In this document: in pieces, positions 45,509-56,956 of the stretch
Layout: the number at the start of each line of letters is the position of its first letter
Numbering within the stretch: position 1 is the stretch's first letter
Source: Cyanidioschyzon merolae
Lineage: Eukaryota
Strand: one strand, 5' to 3'
Assembly (NCBI GenBank): GCA_000091205.1
Contig: AP006485.2
Length of the DNA: 64,000 nucleotides
Position numbers and translations under genes: made by a program
The notes under the pieces: generated by a model
What the model was told of the DNA's origin: nothing
What the model saw: the letters and a program-made list of their open reading frames with translations, nothing else
Database searches by the model: none

Positions 45509-46556
45509 TCCGGTCTCTTCCAGCTTCTCTTCATCATCCTCGTTCCTGCCCCCAAATCCGGCTTTCTATGAGCTGGGCTCTTGCGTCCCTCCGGCACCCT
45601 GGCAGCAGTCGAAGGATGCTCGTGGCTGCTTTAGCGTCGACCTTTAAACGGTTCGAATCGTGCTCGATGCATCCCATACACGGATGGCAGTCGGAAACGG
45701 CAACGCGCTCGCCGCTGCCTCTTCTCCGTCAACATCCCCGATGCGCTCTTCGCACCAGTGGCACATGGCTCAGGTCAGGTGTCCCTGTACGCCACCCGCT
45801 CCGAGCACATCATCCGCGGAGCGGCTGTGGCGCCTCCACGCTCACGCCAGTGTATCGTGCATGCCGTCGGCGGGCACGGAAGCCTCACCTCGATGCCGTC
45901 CGCGAGTGCTGCCCCCGCCGCGGTCCCCGACAATCACGAGCTTCTCCTGGGCCATCAGCTCGGCGAGTACGCTGTACACTGGGCGTGCAGGCACACGCTC
46001 TTCGATTCCTTCCGGGGGATCCGCGCAAGGCGGTGCTGCGCCTCACGAAACAAGCACCCGTGATGTGGCATCCGGGGCGGACGCCATGTCGGACTGTTTC
46101 GGTCTGTGTGCGCTCCCTTCGTGCCGAGCGGTAACGCATGCTCGGCTCGGAGCGAACGCTGCGATGACTAGAGTCGCAGCTGAGGGCGCATGCCGATGCA
46201 GACAGACGAGAGGGGAGCGCTGGAGCACGCGCACCCCGTGGGGCGCATCATTCTGGTGTGGAACGGTGCATCGCTGACGGCAGCGAAGAGCGGATGAGGG
46301 TTTGTCTCTAGAACGGAGTGGGTTATTCTTTGGCGTGACAAGATCAGTGGAATTTCGGCATAAGCTTGAGAGGATGCCGCCGAGCGATGACGTCGGGTAA
46401 TTATCGTTGAAGAGGCGATCGGGGATCCTTGAGCTGTGCATGAATGTGTAAGCTGTTGTTGGTGCTCGTTGCACGGCGGGGCTGTCCACGTAAAATACTC
46501 GGAAATCCTGGTAGAAAGGATGTGAGTGAACAGTTCAATGTTCAGTTTGGATCTGA
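45509..46556 (-). repeat. R1 repeat, copy 5, inverted. It carries a ~570-bp GC-rich insertion/replacement at 45656-46225.
   Basis: 45509-45655 and 46226-46556 are the reverse complement of the R1 consensus. Between them, 14 bp of R1 are replaced by 570 bp of ~68% GC sequence with no clean ORF. Confidence 0.8.
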
Positions 46557-47008
46557 TGAGGGGCTGGGGTCTCCCATCTGGCGTCCGGCAATATTTGCGC
46601 TTCTGGGAGCTTCAGGTTCCATGCAGTGCTCTCGCACCATCCATAAATCGGTGCATATGCGCTTGGCACGGCTCTGCAGCGTGCCTGCAGGCGCAAGCGA
46701 CCGCGATACTGCATGACTCTAGACGCCCTCAGCTGGTACGAGAAAACATATTGGAAATTTTTAACTGTGGAAGCATGAAATTCCTCCCGGAGAGCATACA
46801 CGAGGATTGGATATCACAGCGTGAATTTTCGCCCTGATACCGGCTATTGCAGCAAGATGTATTCGATCATCAACACAATGCATCAGTGACGATAATGCGC
46901 CTTCACTTAGACGATGCACCCAATGTTTCTCACCAGCTCCGCTAGACGATAAGAAGACGCTTCGAATGCAACGATCCAAGCCAGCGTGCTATAGCTCGAA
47001 TAATCGAC

Positions 47009-49003
47009 TTACTCCCCAGTGTCTAACGCTTGCTTTGTTGGATGATTCGGGTCTTGGATACCACCACTGTGCGTGTCCGTGAAATTCTTCTGTGTATCAT
47101 TGCTTAAATATACACGTTCGCTTGTTTGTATGCCTAAGCCATCCTTGTCTTCGTCCATGTATTGGGATGCTATCGACGAGGACGTTCGAAGCTCTGTGTC
47201 CTGGTCACTTGCGATAGTGTTGAGCTGTACTTCGGACGTGAAGCTTGGATGCTGCCCCAGCAACGATTCATTGCTTGGCGTCATTCTGACCATTTCGTCG
47301 CCCTCCAGGGATTCTGGCGAAATCTGATGCTTCACAGAGGTAGCTGATTTGCCCATTCTATAGCTCGGACGGGTCATCATCACCGTATTCTCGACTGGTA
47401 ATGGTACCGCTGGCGTCTCAATCGCTTGGGTCGCATCGGATGAGTGCTGCGTCTCCAGCTCCGATCCAGGATCTTTTCGTTCTAACACAGACAGAGTTGT
47501 CGTTTTTGCAGAGGCTCTCGGACCGACGCGGAGAGTCGCCGTAGATTCCATGGACGTCGCTGGATTGCGTCCGTTAGAGTCGTCCTTTTGCGTAGTATAT
47601 GATTGCAAAAGAGTAAATTCTTTCTTCACGTGCGCCGGATCATGTGGAGGCATTGCCTCATGTGTGACGGCAACCCGAGTGCTGTTCTGAGCGTATTCTG
47701 TAGTGTTCACAACCACGGAACTGCAAGCTCGCGAAGCCTCATACGCTTCCCGGTCGACACTAGGTGTTGTTTCCGGGCTAGCAATCCCCTCAGGTGGTGC
47801 ATCAGAACTGCCGGCCTCGACTGATTTCTCTTGAGCAGCTTCCGGGCTCTCGTTGGAGGTTCCTAGTTCAACATCCTGGCTGCCAGAGTGCAATGACTGT
47901 TCTGTCGAGTCCTGGATACAATCAAGTGGCCATGTGTGGTTCTCTTCCGGACCGCTGTTTTCAAATGGATGTTTCAGCTGCTGAATTTGCATCTGTCGAT
48001 GTGGATGACGAGTTTGAGGATCCCAATGCGTGTCCGGGGTACTCCGATGAAATCCTAAGTCCACGTGATCGTCAGCAACGAAACGAGTATCCGCATCGAT
48101 CGGTGGAATTTGCTTCTGCATTAGTTTCTGGATTAAGCGCCATAGTCTTCCGGCAGCACCAATCAGAAAGTTCGTAACCTTGAGCATGGTCCACAGCGCG
48201 AATCTCATAGCAACGGAGAGCAAGCCCAAGGTTTTCGCGGTTCCAAGGCGACGAAGAACAATAAAGCACACGCTGGCTAGGAGAGCAAGAAACGCCAGTG
48301 CAACATACCGCCGCCTTCGGCGCTCTGCACGGCGAAGTTGCTCGATGCGTCGGTTCCCGAGTGCCATTTGGCCCTGGTACTCATCATACTTCTGATCCAT
48401 TCGTCGAATATTTGCCGATGACTCGGTAATGCTATCGGAGATTGCTTTCGATCGCTCCAATTCCTGATTTGCTAATAAAGTTGTACGGTGGATGCGGCGA
48501 GTAATCTGGCTCGCCACCGCAGAGAGTTCTGTCGTGCCAAGAGCCGTTTGGTCGGATGCAGCGGAGCGAGTGGTTGCCGCTTCCCCATAGGCAGGCTTCG
48601 ATGGTCGCACGTCATGGGTTGTTATCGATTGGGGTTCGATTAGGAGTTCCCGTTCTAGAGCTAGACGCTCCTCTCCTGAGACGGGAGCGGCACTAGGTTG
48701 CGCTCCGGCAGTGGTGGCCAAACGCCGTCGACGCAGTTGCGTTGATACCGCAGAGAGGGCTCGTTGCATCTGGAATAGAAGATTCCGTTGAGCATCAAGC
48801 CCGGGCAAGCCGAGAGCCTCACCTTCCTCGACTTTTTGCTGCCATGTTGCGAGAAGTGTACGTGCTTTACGCTCCACCGCTGCCGTTTCCAGTGATGCAA
48901 CAGGCGCCCTTCGAAGCTGTGCTAGAAGCCCTGCAATCTCGGTTCGCTGCTGATCACAAAGCTGGATCAGCTGTGTTTCATGCGCAGCGTCACCCATAGA
49001 CAT
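47009..49003 (-). CDS. SNARE-like membrane protein with a long S/T-rich region C-terminal to the transmembrane helix
   Basis: The N-terminal helical region has a heptad/SNARE-like stretch, ...SITESSANIRRMDQKYDEYQGQMALGNRRIEQLRRAERRRRRY. It is followed directly by the transmembrane helix VALAFLALLASVCFIVL. About 400 aa of low-complexity, S/T/P-rich sequence then follow. The ATG (complement of 49001-49003) starts MSMGDAAHE.... Confidence 0.45.
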   Translation of the reverse strand: MSMGDAAHETQLIQLCDQQRTEIAGLLAQLRRAPVASLETAAVERKARTLLATWQQKVEEGEALGLPGLDAQRNLLFQMQRALSAVSTQLRRRRLATTAGAQPSAAPVSGEERLALERELLIEPQSITTHDVRPSKPAYGEAATTRSAASDQTALGTTELSAVASQITRRIHRTTLLANQELERSKAISDSITESSANIRRMDQKYDEYQGQMALGNRRIEQLRRAERRRRRYVALAFLALLASVCFIVLRRLGTAKTLGLLSVAMRFALWTMLKVTNFLIGAAGRLWRLIQKLMQKQIPPIDADTRFVADDHVDLGFHRSTPDTHWDPQTRHPHRQMQIQQLKHPFENSGPEENHTWPLDCIQDSTEQSLHSGSQDVELGTSNESPEAAQEKSVEAGSSDAPPEGIASPETTPSVDREAYEASRACSSVVVNTTEYAQNSTRVAVTHEAMPPHDPAHVKKEFTLLQSYTTQKDDSNGRNPATSMESTATLRVGPRASAKTTTLSVLERKDPGSELETQHSSDATQAIETPAVPLPVENTVMMTRPSYRMGKSATSVKHQISPESLEGDEMVRMTPSNESLLGQHPSFTSEVQLNTIASDQDTELRTSSSIASQYMDEDKDGLGIQTSERVYLSNDTQKNFTDTHSGGIQDPNHPTKQALDTGE

Positions 49004-49308
49004 CGGTCTGAGGTGCCTTCGTACGGCCTTTAACACAGGATACGTCCGATTTCTGGACTAGTCCCCGCTTGAACTCCCCTCCGGTCCAGGTTGCCAGTCT
49101 ACAATGGTTCAGGTCTTCCAAACAACTCAAGAAAGTGTTCTGTTTGGCAATTGAAACTCCGGCGATCCTGAAACGGGCACCAATAAAGAAACCAGAAGCC
49201 TTCGCTAATGACACAAGCGGTCTCTGGTCGCCATCAAAGCAGTTGCTAAGGAACAGGCGGCTGTTTCTTCTGCGGTTGTAGTGGCGAAACGTTCTGATCC
49301 CTGTATCT

Positions 49309-49791
49309 ATGCTGTACCCTTTTGGCCCGTATTACATTTCAAGAGCTGTGGAAGTGTTTTATTCAACGAAGCTCACACTTGCAGTCGTGAACCTGCGTCC
49401 AGTGGCTCACCACCATGTTCTCGTCTTTCCAAGACGTCCTGTGGCGAGGTTTGCGGACCTTGTAGAAGCCGAAGTTGCAGACCTGTGGCTCAGTGCTCAA
49501 CGAATAGGTTCCAGAATTGAGGCTCATGGGCGTAAGAGGGGCGTCAGCGGCTTGCAGTTTGTGATACAGGATGGCGTTGGTTCCGGCCAGACGGTACCCC
49601 ACGTTCACGTTCACATCGTGCCGCGTACTCCAGGGGACTTTACCCCGAACGACGCCATTTACGGCGCTCTCGAGAAGCGGGGTTTTCATGCTGACGAAAC
49701 CGAACGCCCGGATCGAAGTCGGGACGAGATGCGAGAGGAACGGGACGAACTTGCAGCACTTTTCCCTGAGGCAGAGTACCAAGTGCCGTAG
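49309..49791 (+). CDS. FHIT: FHIT-type histidine-triad bis(5'-adenosyl)-triphosphatase
   Basis: FGPYYISRAVEVFYSTKLTLAVVNLRPVAHHHVLVFPRRPVARFADL...QDGVGSGQTVPHVHVHIVPR. The HxHxHxx triad and overall FHIT layout are present. Confidence 0.8.
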   Translation: MLYPFGPYYISRAVEVFYSTKLTLAVVNLRPVAHHHVLVFPRRPVARFADLVEAEVADLWLSAQRIGSRIEAHGRKRGVSGLQFVIQDGVGSGQTVPHVHVHIVPRTPGDFTPNDAIYGALEKRGFHADETERPDRSRDEMREERDELAALFPEAEYQVP

Positions 49792-51017
49792 ATCCGGTGG
49801 GTTTGGAAACCTGCCATGCCTAGCTATGCTGGTGGAATGATACAGAATAAGGTCACAGAATGGTACGGATACACTCAGTTTACACGGGCTTATTGTCACG
49901 AGCTCTAGCACGTTGCGAATGTATATTTTGGAATATCGTCGAAAAGCGTGCGAATATCAGCTTTCTAGGAGAACTGCGCTTTTATGTGAGTGCAGCGCTC
50001 CGAGAAACCGCGTCATCAACCGTGCCGAGCACAGGAGCCTGCGGCGGTATGTTGGATGGCGAGTAGCGCGCCCTAGGAACTAGGGGCAACTTCCAGCTGC
50101 CAGGTATAGGTGGGAATGACTTCTCCAGCAGGGCCCAGGCGTACGAGTGCAGGTGACGCGAGGTCTCGACAATTCACCGTCCCAAAGATCTGTAGTCTAT
50201 TGCGAAAACTCGCTTGTCCTAGATTTGCTCCGCATACTCCTAGACATATAGACAGTTGCCTAGACTCTTGGGATCAGAGCGGAGACAAGTGTTCAGAGAA
50301 TGTGTACCCTTCGGAACGCCTCTACGTAGGACGTTCGCGTCGCCATTGCGTCCTCCGCACGGGACCGCTGTACATTATCCACGGTGCAGTTTGCATGAAT
50401 CAAACGAGAATCCTCATGGATGCGCAAGTGCCAAGAGCCGGCATCCAGGGAGCCACCATCGCTTCGCCTTAGACGCTCACAGGTCCGTGAACCACAAACC
50501 GGAATTTCCCTCGGGAAGCAAGATTCCTTCAAGCGATCCTTTGGGTACCGAGTCTGCCGTGTGCGCGTCCACTGCGTAAGCGAAAGCACTCCGATGCGAA
50601 CGCCGCATTGGTACAACACAACTCTGCTATAGCTGTGCAGGCGTCGGCTCGAGGATCCTCATGAACACGTACCCATTGCAAGGCCGCCACAGCATGGATT
50701 TTTTGAAGAGTAGGCGCTGTGCGAATGCCGTTTTTGCGCAAATTGCAGACTGGACCCGACGCGTCCGCCTTCGCTTACGATAGCCATCATCCTTACCTCC
50801 TTGAAGATCGTTATCGTGTCGATAATGGAGCAGTGTTTTCTAAGACAGACTCTATCTGAATCGGACGTTTTATATGATCGGGGCATCGGACGTTCGAACG
50901 TTCAAACGTGAAGCGAACCATCTTTAACTAATCTGGACAATGCTCTGGCTCGGAGTCTGACCACCAGAGCTAGGCGACAGCGGATGCGATCAGATAGCAT
51001 CAAATGTAACCGATGCT

Positions 51018-52013
51018 TCAGGGCTGCAGAGCATCGCATTGCTCGATGCCGATCCCAGCGCTCTCTTCGTTTCGTGTTTGCGTTTCGAGTTGCTTGCGTT
51101 TCTCACAACCATCGTAGCACAGGTAGAAAAAGTACTCCTGTGGGTTCGACCTTAGTGTCATTCCGATTTTGGGGTTCGCGGGGTCTGATGACACAGGATC
51201 ATTCACAAAAGCGATACTAAGATGTTTGACGCTGGATCGACGGCCTGAGGCGTCTCGCATCAGGCGTCGGATGGATTTTCGTCCCATACTGAAAACGTGG
51301 AATCTAAGAGCGATAGAGTCCGATTGCGCGGTGCTGTCCAAACAGTCGCTCGTGTCCTCGTTGATTATGAGCGATATCTCCGAGTTGTCCGGAGCGATGA
51401 CAGCCCGCGTCGAAGGCGCGACTCGGAATTGAGCTCGCTTTGAGCGTTCCCTCTGTTCAAGATGGGTCCTCGCTTTCTCTTGAGGGGAAAGTGCCGGGAC
51501 TTGGAGCGCAGCAGAGAGTGCGTTCTTCGCATCATGTCTCTTCGTGCCATAGTCGAGACCTTCCATCCAATCTAAAAAGGCGCCTTCACGGACAGCTCGA
51601 ATACCCGGAGCTGGCAGCTGCGACCGATACTTGTCTCGGTGCCGCCCAAGGGCCCCAGTGAAGCCAAAATTATGAGTATCTCGAATCTCCTGGAAAATCT
51701 GTAAAGCAGACCAGCCTTGACGGTTGAGCTCGTCGCAACGCGCGAGCACAGACTCACTCTCTCTTTTCCAAGCTTGCAGTACTCGATCGATAAACTCTGC
51801 CTCGAGAGGGTCAGCTGCTGCAACACGAATCTTCAAAGTTCGCTCAAGAGTTTCTGTTCTCGGCTCGTCTTTGCCTTGAGGCGTATCGCACATACGAGCG
51901 TGACCCACTAACGGTTGGCCCGGCGCCTGTGCCACGAAGAACTGCTGCTTTTCCGGTGTGTTCAAGCTGCACGCTTCGCCGAAAACGAGTCGATGGTTGA
52001 AGAGTGAATACAT
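51018..52013 (-). CDS. Hypothetical protein (331 aa)
   Basis: An uninterrupted ORF. Its conserved-looking core is ...IRDTHNFGFTGALGRHRDKYRSQLPAPGIRAVREGAFLDWMEGLDYGTKRHD.... I could not assign a family. The start is the ATG whose complement is at 52011-52013. Confidence 0.35.
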   Translation of the reverse strand: MYSLFNHRLVFGEACSLNTPEKQQFFVAQAPGQPLVGHARMCDTPQGKDEPRTETLERTLKIRVAAADPLEAEFIDRVLQAWKRESESVLARCDELNRQGWSALQIFQEIRDTHNFGFTGALGRHRDKYRSQLPAPGIRAVREGAFLDWMEGLDYGTKRHDAKNALSAALQVPALSPQEKARTHLEQRERSKRAQFRVAPSTRAVIAPDNSEISLIINEDTSDCLDSTAQSDSIALRFHVFSMGRKSIRRLMRDASGRRSSVKHLSIAFVNDPVSSDPANPKIGMTLRSNPQEYFFYLCYDGCEKRKQLETQTRNEESAGIGIEQCDALQP

Positions 52014-54624
52014 CACAAGAATCTTATCGTTGTTCAGACTGACATTCTTCCACCGTTAAGCTGGTTGATCAGAGGGCACCTTGAGATACCACCGGGGGCA
52101 GCGGGGATTCAAAGTTGGAGGGAAATCGAACGCTGCGTGTCGCAACCGCCAATGTCTTTTTATACACATATGTACATTATCGAATAAAAATTGCATTTTT
52201 TGATCTACACATTTGTCCATCAGCGTCGCATCGCGCCGCATGGAGCAAGCGCTTTTTTTGAGGGCTCCCTGCTTAGATACATCGACCGTTCTCTATCAAA
52301 AATATTGTCGCTTTTAATGGAAAACAGATGCGCCTGGTTGCGTTTTTCCGGATGCACGGAGACGGGCAGTAATCGTGGAAGATATTCCAGCTGATCTGCT
52401 AACGCTTCCGCAAGTGGGAACCTCAATCCAGTGCGGCTCTGAACAGATGCGGATAGAGATATTCAGCTCTTCATTAGAATGTTTTAGGTACATGAATTAC
52501 TGTCCGGTGTTCCTCTATGGAAATACGGCTGGATCCAGCGATCCTTCCGGTTCCAGGCCGACTACATTTGATAATCATTTCTAGCATTTGTTGAATGTCT
52601 ATATGCAAATTTTGACTCACGGCATGAGTGATGTGGCATGGAGCGGCGCGCTGAACAGTCCTGGCATCCAGCAACAAGTCAACGGGCTGGCCGCCTCCTT
52701 AGCAGCCAAAAAGGGGCTATGTCATAGTGAAAGTGCGTGGACCCCGTTGTGGCGTCCGCCACTGCAGGGGCGGCCGCACCACCAGCCCTGCGAGCGCACG
52801 TGTTCTGCTAATTTGTAAGCTTACAGAGCATCGAGCCTTTGGCGTTTATTCTGAATCTAACGGTTTTTGCGGAGCACATCGATACCGGCACTGCCTTTCC
52901 AGGGGCGCACCTGGAATGCCACCGTAGGTGCGAAGAAATGCGGAGGACCTTGTTTCTGGGCATGCATGCTCATGCTGCACATCCTTGAGCAACACCAGAA
53001 AGAGACGCGGATGCCAACAGGAACCGAGCCCATTTGTCTCGAGGTCTGTGACTCTGATAAAATGATCCAGGTTTCTAACGTAGTGCGTGACTAAACTCTC
53101 TGAATCACGCAAAGCTGCTCTCTCAAGTTGATACAAAGGAAGCAGTTTCTTCACGATTCAGTGGTGCTAAGAGATTTCGTGAAAGGCGGTTATGAAAATC
53201 TCTTCGGCAGGCAACCTCGATCTGTCATTCATCACCGGTACGTACAGGATATCCAAGGCCTTGCATTGGGAGCTATCTGAACCACCATGTAGCACTACAT
53301 GAAGTAGTTATGCCAGGCTTCGAGTTGAGAACGATACAATCCACCACGGCGCGCTAAACACGCTGAAGCGCACGAGGGCATTGCACAGATGCCCAGCCCA
53401 TGCTGAGCCTATGCGGCACCAGGAATGAGCTGTTGGGAATCCAGCAAGCATGCTTCCCAGAGTCTACGCCCGAACAAGACCGTGCTTGTCCATGATCCTT
53501 AGTCCCTGTTCCAGCCATTATGATAACAGTTTAGAAATGAAATTTTCGGAATGGAAGTGGACACCGACTGCAGAACGCTCTGGAGAGCGGCTTCCGTACG
53601 CGTCTGCACTGCATGCGCGACCAGCCCTGGACTACAGGCATTGCAACCAAGCGGCGCTTCCGTGTGAGCATGTGTGAGAACCTAGAAAGCGTTGCAGCCA
53701 TATGCTCAGCTACGAGACTCTTCTAGACAAGCTTTCCATGAGAGCTTATATGGATCGATCTGGGCGCCTGTCGAAAGCGGGATCGCTGGGCGCTGTTCAA
53801 GCACAGTGGATACAGGCCTGCGGACCAGTTGCTTGATCTGACCGTGCACTGAAATGAACCTGTGGCACGCACCAAACATTTGTCCACCGCCCCCTTCTTC
53901 TGATTCAGGCAAGTTATTTTAGATGTACGGGGAACTTAATCGGGTCTCCGGTGCGAGCTCAGAGAGCGCGACTAGCGCAACGGTGGGCTTTCGAGTGAAT
54001 CATGCCAGCGCGCCCTGTAGCACCCGGAGGGTAAACACACGTTGCCTGCGCAAGCGCACTGAGTGACACGAACACAGACCATCATCACTGCGCACTTGCA
54101 GGTTTTGCACGCTATATCTTTCAAAACATAAGTGTTTCATGGCTCTACCAGGTCGTCGAGAATGCCGTCTGGTGTTCTCCCTGAGCTTCTCCGAAAAATA
54201 CAGCAACCCGGAACTAAGGCGACGCAAAGAAACAATAGTGTCTGTATCGACTACGAGAGCGCCTCTTCGAACACGATCAGCGGTTACAAGTCGGTAGCGG
54301 CGCGTCGCTAAAGGTTTGCCTCCGTACAAGGCAACCAGAGTTCGTCTCCGAACAGCCTCTATCGCTGCCGTTGCCCATCTACGAAGAACTGGGAATTCTT
54401 TTCGCACAGCAGCACACTGGGCACTAAACCCTGGCAGTCTCGCAGCCCCATAGACGACTCTTTATCGAGCTCATATTCCGAATGACAACACATGCTGCAC
54501 AGCACAACAATGCGACCTATTGCCGACTCTGGAACGCACAGTCGCCGTCCCCGTCGCTTTGCAGATTCGTTTCGAAGCGGAGCTCGACGCTGAGTGTTTT
54601 CGTTTTCCGCTACGAACAGTGAAT

Positions 54625-55476
54625 ATGTTTCTGGCTCCGAATCCTGTAGTTTGGTTGCGTAGGAAGGGAACGTATACGCTTCATGAGACATACTGTAGCC
54701 TAACATCAGGTCGTCATAGGGCTGACAGCAAGCGAGACCCTTTTCTGTACGTAGAGGTAAGTGGCGACGGCGACGACGTTTGGCGACTACAGAATGTTTT
54801 CGAACTGCTGAGAGATCCTTCCAGAGGAGTAGTAGGCATTTTACCAACCGACACATCGTATGCGTTTGTTTGTAACTTGCACTCGAGAACTGGCGTGGAG
54901 AGAATTTACTCGCTGAAGAAGACGCCTCCGAGCGTTCGCAAGCCACTGTCTTTGCTCTGTCGAAATCACGCAGCTATTCAGCGATACGCGCTTGTGCTCG
55001 ACAAGCGTACCTTCAAAGTTCTCAAGGCGCTGCTTCCTGGTCCGTACACGTTTATTTTACCGGCGACTCATGAGGTACCTCGCGTCATGATCGAAAACCG
55101 GGTCCATAGGAAAATGTGGAAACGGCGGGAGATAGGTGTTCGATGGCCCCGTGATCCATATTGCCAGGCTGCCATGGATGCTCTCGATGGTGTCGCGCTC
55201 CTAGCAAGCTCTGTTCCAGACGATGAAGTAGAGGAGGACGGTGTAGATAGGGATTATTTGCGAATGCTGGAGCACTGGGAACACGAAGTGGACTTTATGA
55301 TCAACGCAGGCGCTCGAACGATCGGATTGAAATCCACCGTTGTGGATGTAACGCGAGGCTGGCGTGTCTTACGAGAAGGCCTAGGGTACGAGGAACTGCG
55401 GCAAGTTCTTGGGCGCGAACTGGGCGCGGAAATTCTCATGGATGCACCAGAGGATCGACCACCGATTCCAGAGTAG
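54625..55476 (+). CDS. YrdC/Sua5-domain protein (threonylcarbamoyl-AMP synthase family)
   Basis: ...VVGILPTDTSYAFVCNL...IYSLKKTPPSVRKPLSLLC...LPGPYTFILPAT...IGVRWPRDPYCQAAMDAL...LKSTVVDVTRGWRVLREG match the YrdC fold motifs. The track ORF starts at a TTG at 54520; the first ATG is at 54625. Confidence 0.75.
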   Translation: MFLAPNPVVWLRRKGTYTLHETYCSLTSGRHRADSKRDPFLYVEVSGDGDDVWRLQNVFELLRDPSRGVVGILPTDTSYAFVCNLHSRTGVERIYSLKKTPPSVRKPLSLLCRNHAAIQRYALVLDKRTFKVLKALLPGPYTFILPATHEVPRVMIENRVHRKMWKRREIGVRWPRDPYCQAAMDALDGVALLASSVPDDEVEEDGVDRDYLRMLEHWEHEVDFMINAGARTIGLKSTVVDVTRGWRVLREGLGYEELRQVLGRELGAEILMDAPEDRPPIPE

Positions 55477-56353
55477 GTACCAGTCGAGAGACACATCTAT
55501 CTACACTGCTGAGACGTAGCGCACCGAGCAAGACACTCACAGGAGCGCTCCCTCTATGCAGTGGAAGCTCTTGACTCACCTTTAAATAACTGACAAATCA
55601 CCGACATTGCCTTGTTGAGTACTTTGGAAGAGTTCATTATGGCGCATTCGCCGCGAGGCTGGGCAGCGGATTCGTTCGCCGAGGTGGCCTAGAGATCAGA
55701 AGCTCGGGCAAGTTCCGTTTAGTGCACCAGCAGCTATTTCTGAGACTGGACATTACTGTAAGTCATGCAGGGTGCGGGTGCCATGAAGCAGGAGTGGCAC
55801 TGTGGTAATTACCCACACGCCCTCTGGAGCGTGATGCCGAACATCAGGAGCGAGTCGCGATTTCGTGCCGCTAGAGCATAGCAAGTGCAGCAAGTGCCCG
55901 GGAATTCGCCGGCCTAACGGTCGCGGCCATCTCTGGAATGAGATGCTACAAAGTCGCATACATGAAGTAACTTTTGAACGTCTGATCATGGGTGTTCGGA
56001 AAAGACCACAGCGGAATCGTTTATCTGCAGGGCAGGTATCTGCCACGAGGGAGCAGCCACGCCTGGAATCCAACGCTCTCAAATCTGGACGCAACGTCGT
56101 TCCCAACGCTGCAAAAGTTCTGCAGCGAGGCTTTGTCGTCTCATCAACTGGGAGCGCTGCACTTTACCCGGTACTGCGCTCTGGGCAGGGTGCGGCCGCG
56201 TAGGTCGATTTTTCGCTCGCTGGATCCGCTCTCGAAGGAGATGCGCCGAATGCCGTTACAAACCTCAAACAACGACGCAGAACTTGACCTAAACTAGGCG
56301 CACAAGCCACTGACTCAGGAAAGAATGCTAGAATGCGATCCTCGCTGTGCATC

Positions 56354-56956
56354 TCAGCATTTGTGCGTTGCAGTGACCGCCACGCCGTCGTCATCTACGG
56401 CATTCGTCCGTGCACTCACATAAATCCCATCCAAAAACTTACGAATATCTTTGTTTTTCACAAGGCATGTTTCGTGGATGAGAGCAGCAGACTGTGAAAC
56501 TTCGTTGATATCGTTTCCAACGACGAGCAAGCAATCCTTCACAGTGTTCGAACGGTAGACCTTCGCGCCACCGAGCATTCGCACTCGACGGACTCGCTTC
56601 TCTCCCAGAAAGTTGCGCACTTCTAGAACTGTATCGTTCTCGGATATCGTCATGTTCAGCGGGAAGTGCGCGTATACGGCTCTAAGCTCGTAACAGTAAC
56701 CCTTGATGACGCCGGTAAACATGTTCTTAAAAACGGAGGCCGCCGTCATAATAGTTGCCAGATCCTTTCGGCGTCCTTGCCACACCTGGATGCGCACTTT
56801 GCGCCCCTTTTCCAAAAGCGTAAAGTCAGCAGGTATATGTTTAAGGCTCTTCCGGAGTTCGCCCCGGGGCCCTTTAACGAAAACCTCCCGCTTCTTAACG
56901 CGTACCGTCACGCCTTCAGGCACCTTCAAGGTTTCGCTCGCAAGGATGGCCCTCAT
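56354..56956 (-). CDS. RPL9: 60S ribosomal protein L9 (uL6)
   Basis: MRAILASETLKVPEGVTVRVKKREVFVKGPRGELRKSLKHIPADF...IQVWQGRRKDLA... matches eukaryotic RPL9 over its full length of 200 aa. It reads as a single exon. Confidence 0.9.
   Translation of the reverse strand: MRAILASETLKVPEGVTVRVKKREVFVKGPRGELRKSLKHIPADFTLLEKGRKVRIQVWQGRRKDLATIMTAASVFKNMFTGVIKGYCYELRAVYAHFPLNMTISENDTVLEVRNFLGEKRVRRVRMLGGAKVYRSNTVKDCLLVVGNDINEVSQSAALIHETCLVKNKDIRKFLDGIYVSARTNAVDDDGVAVTATHKC

Noticed and set aside
45640-45665. GGTTCGAATCG resembling a tRNA T-arm/B-box
   Set aside because: The flanking sequence cannot form the T-stem or an acceptor stem. It sits at the junction of R1 and the GC-rich insert. I found no convincing tRNA cloverleaf anywhere in the window by eye, though a proper tRNAscan run is still needed.
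45568-46277. Long ORFs (188 and 205 aa) inside the GC-rich insertion
   Set aside because: They start at non-ATG codons and are Arg/Ala/Pro-rich, as expected from random 68% GC sequence. Overlapping ORFs exist in several frames and strands, and none has recognisable motifs.
54359-54946. A 195-aa - strand ORF overlapping the YrdC gene
   Set aside because: It is antisense to a well-supported YrdC-domain CDS and has no motifs. It looks like a typical shadow ORF.
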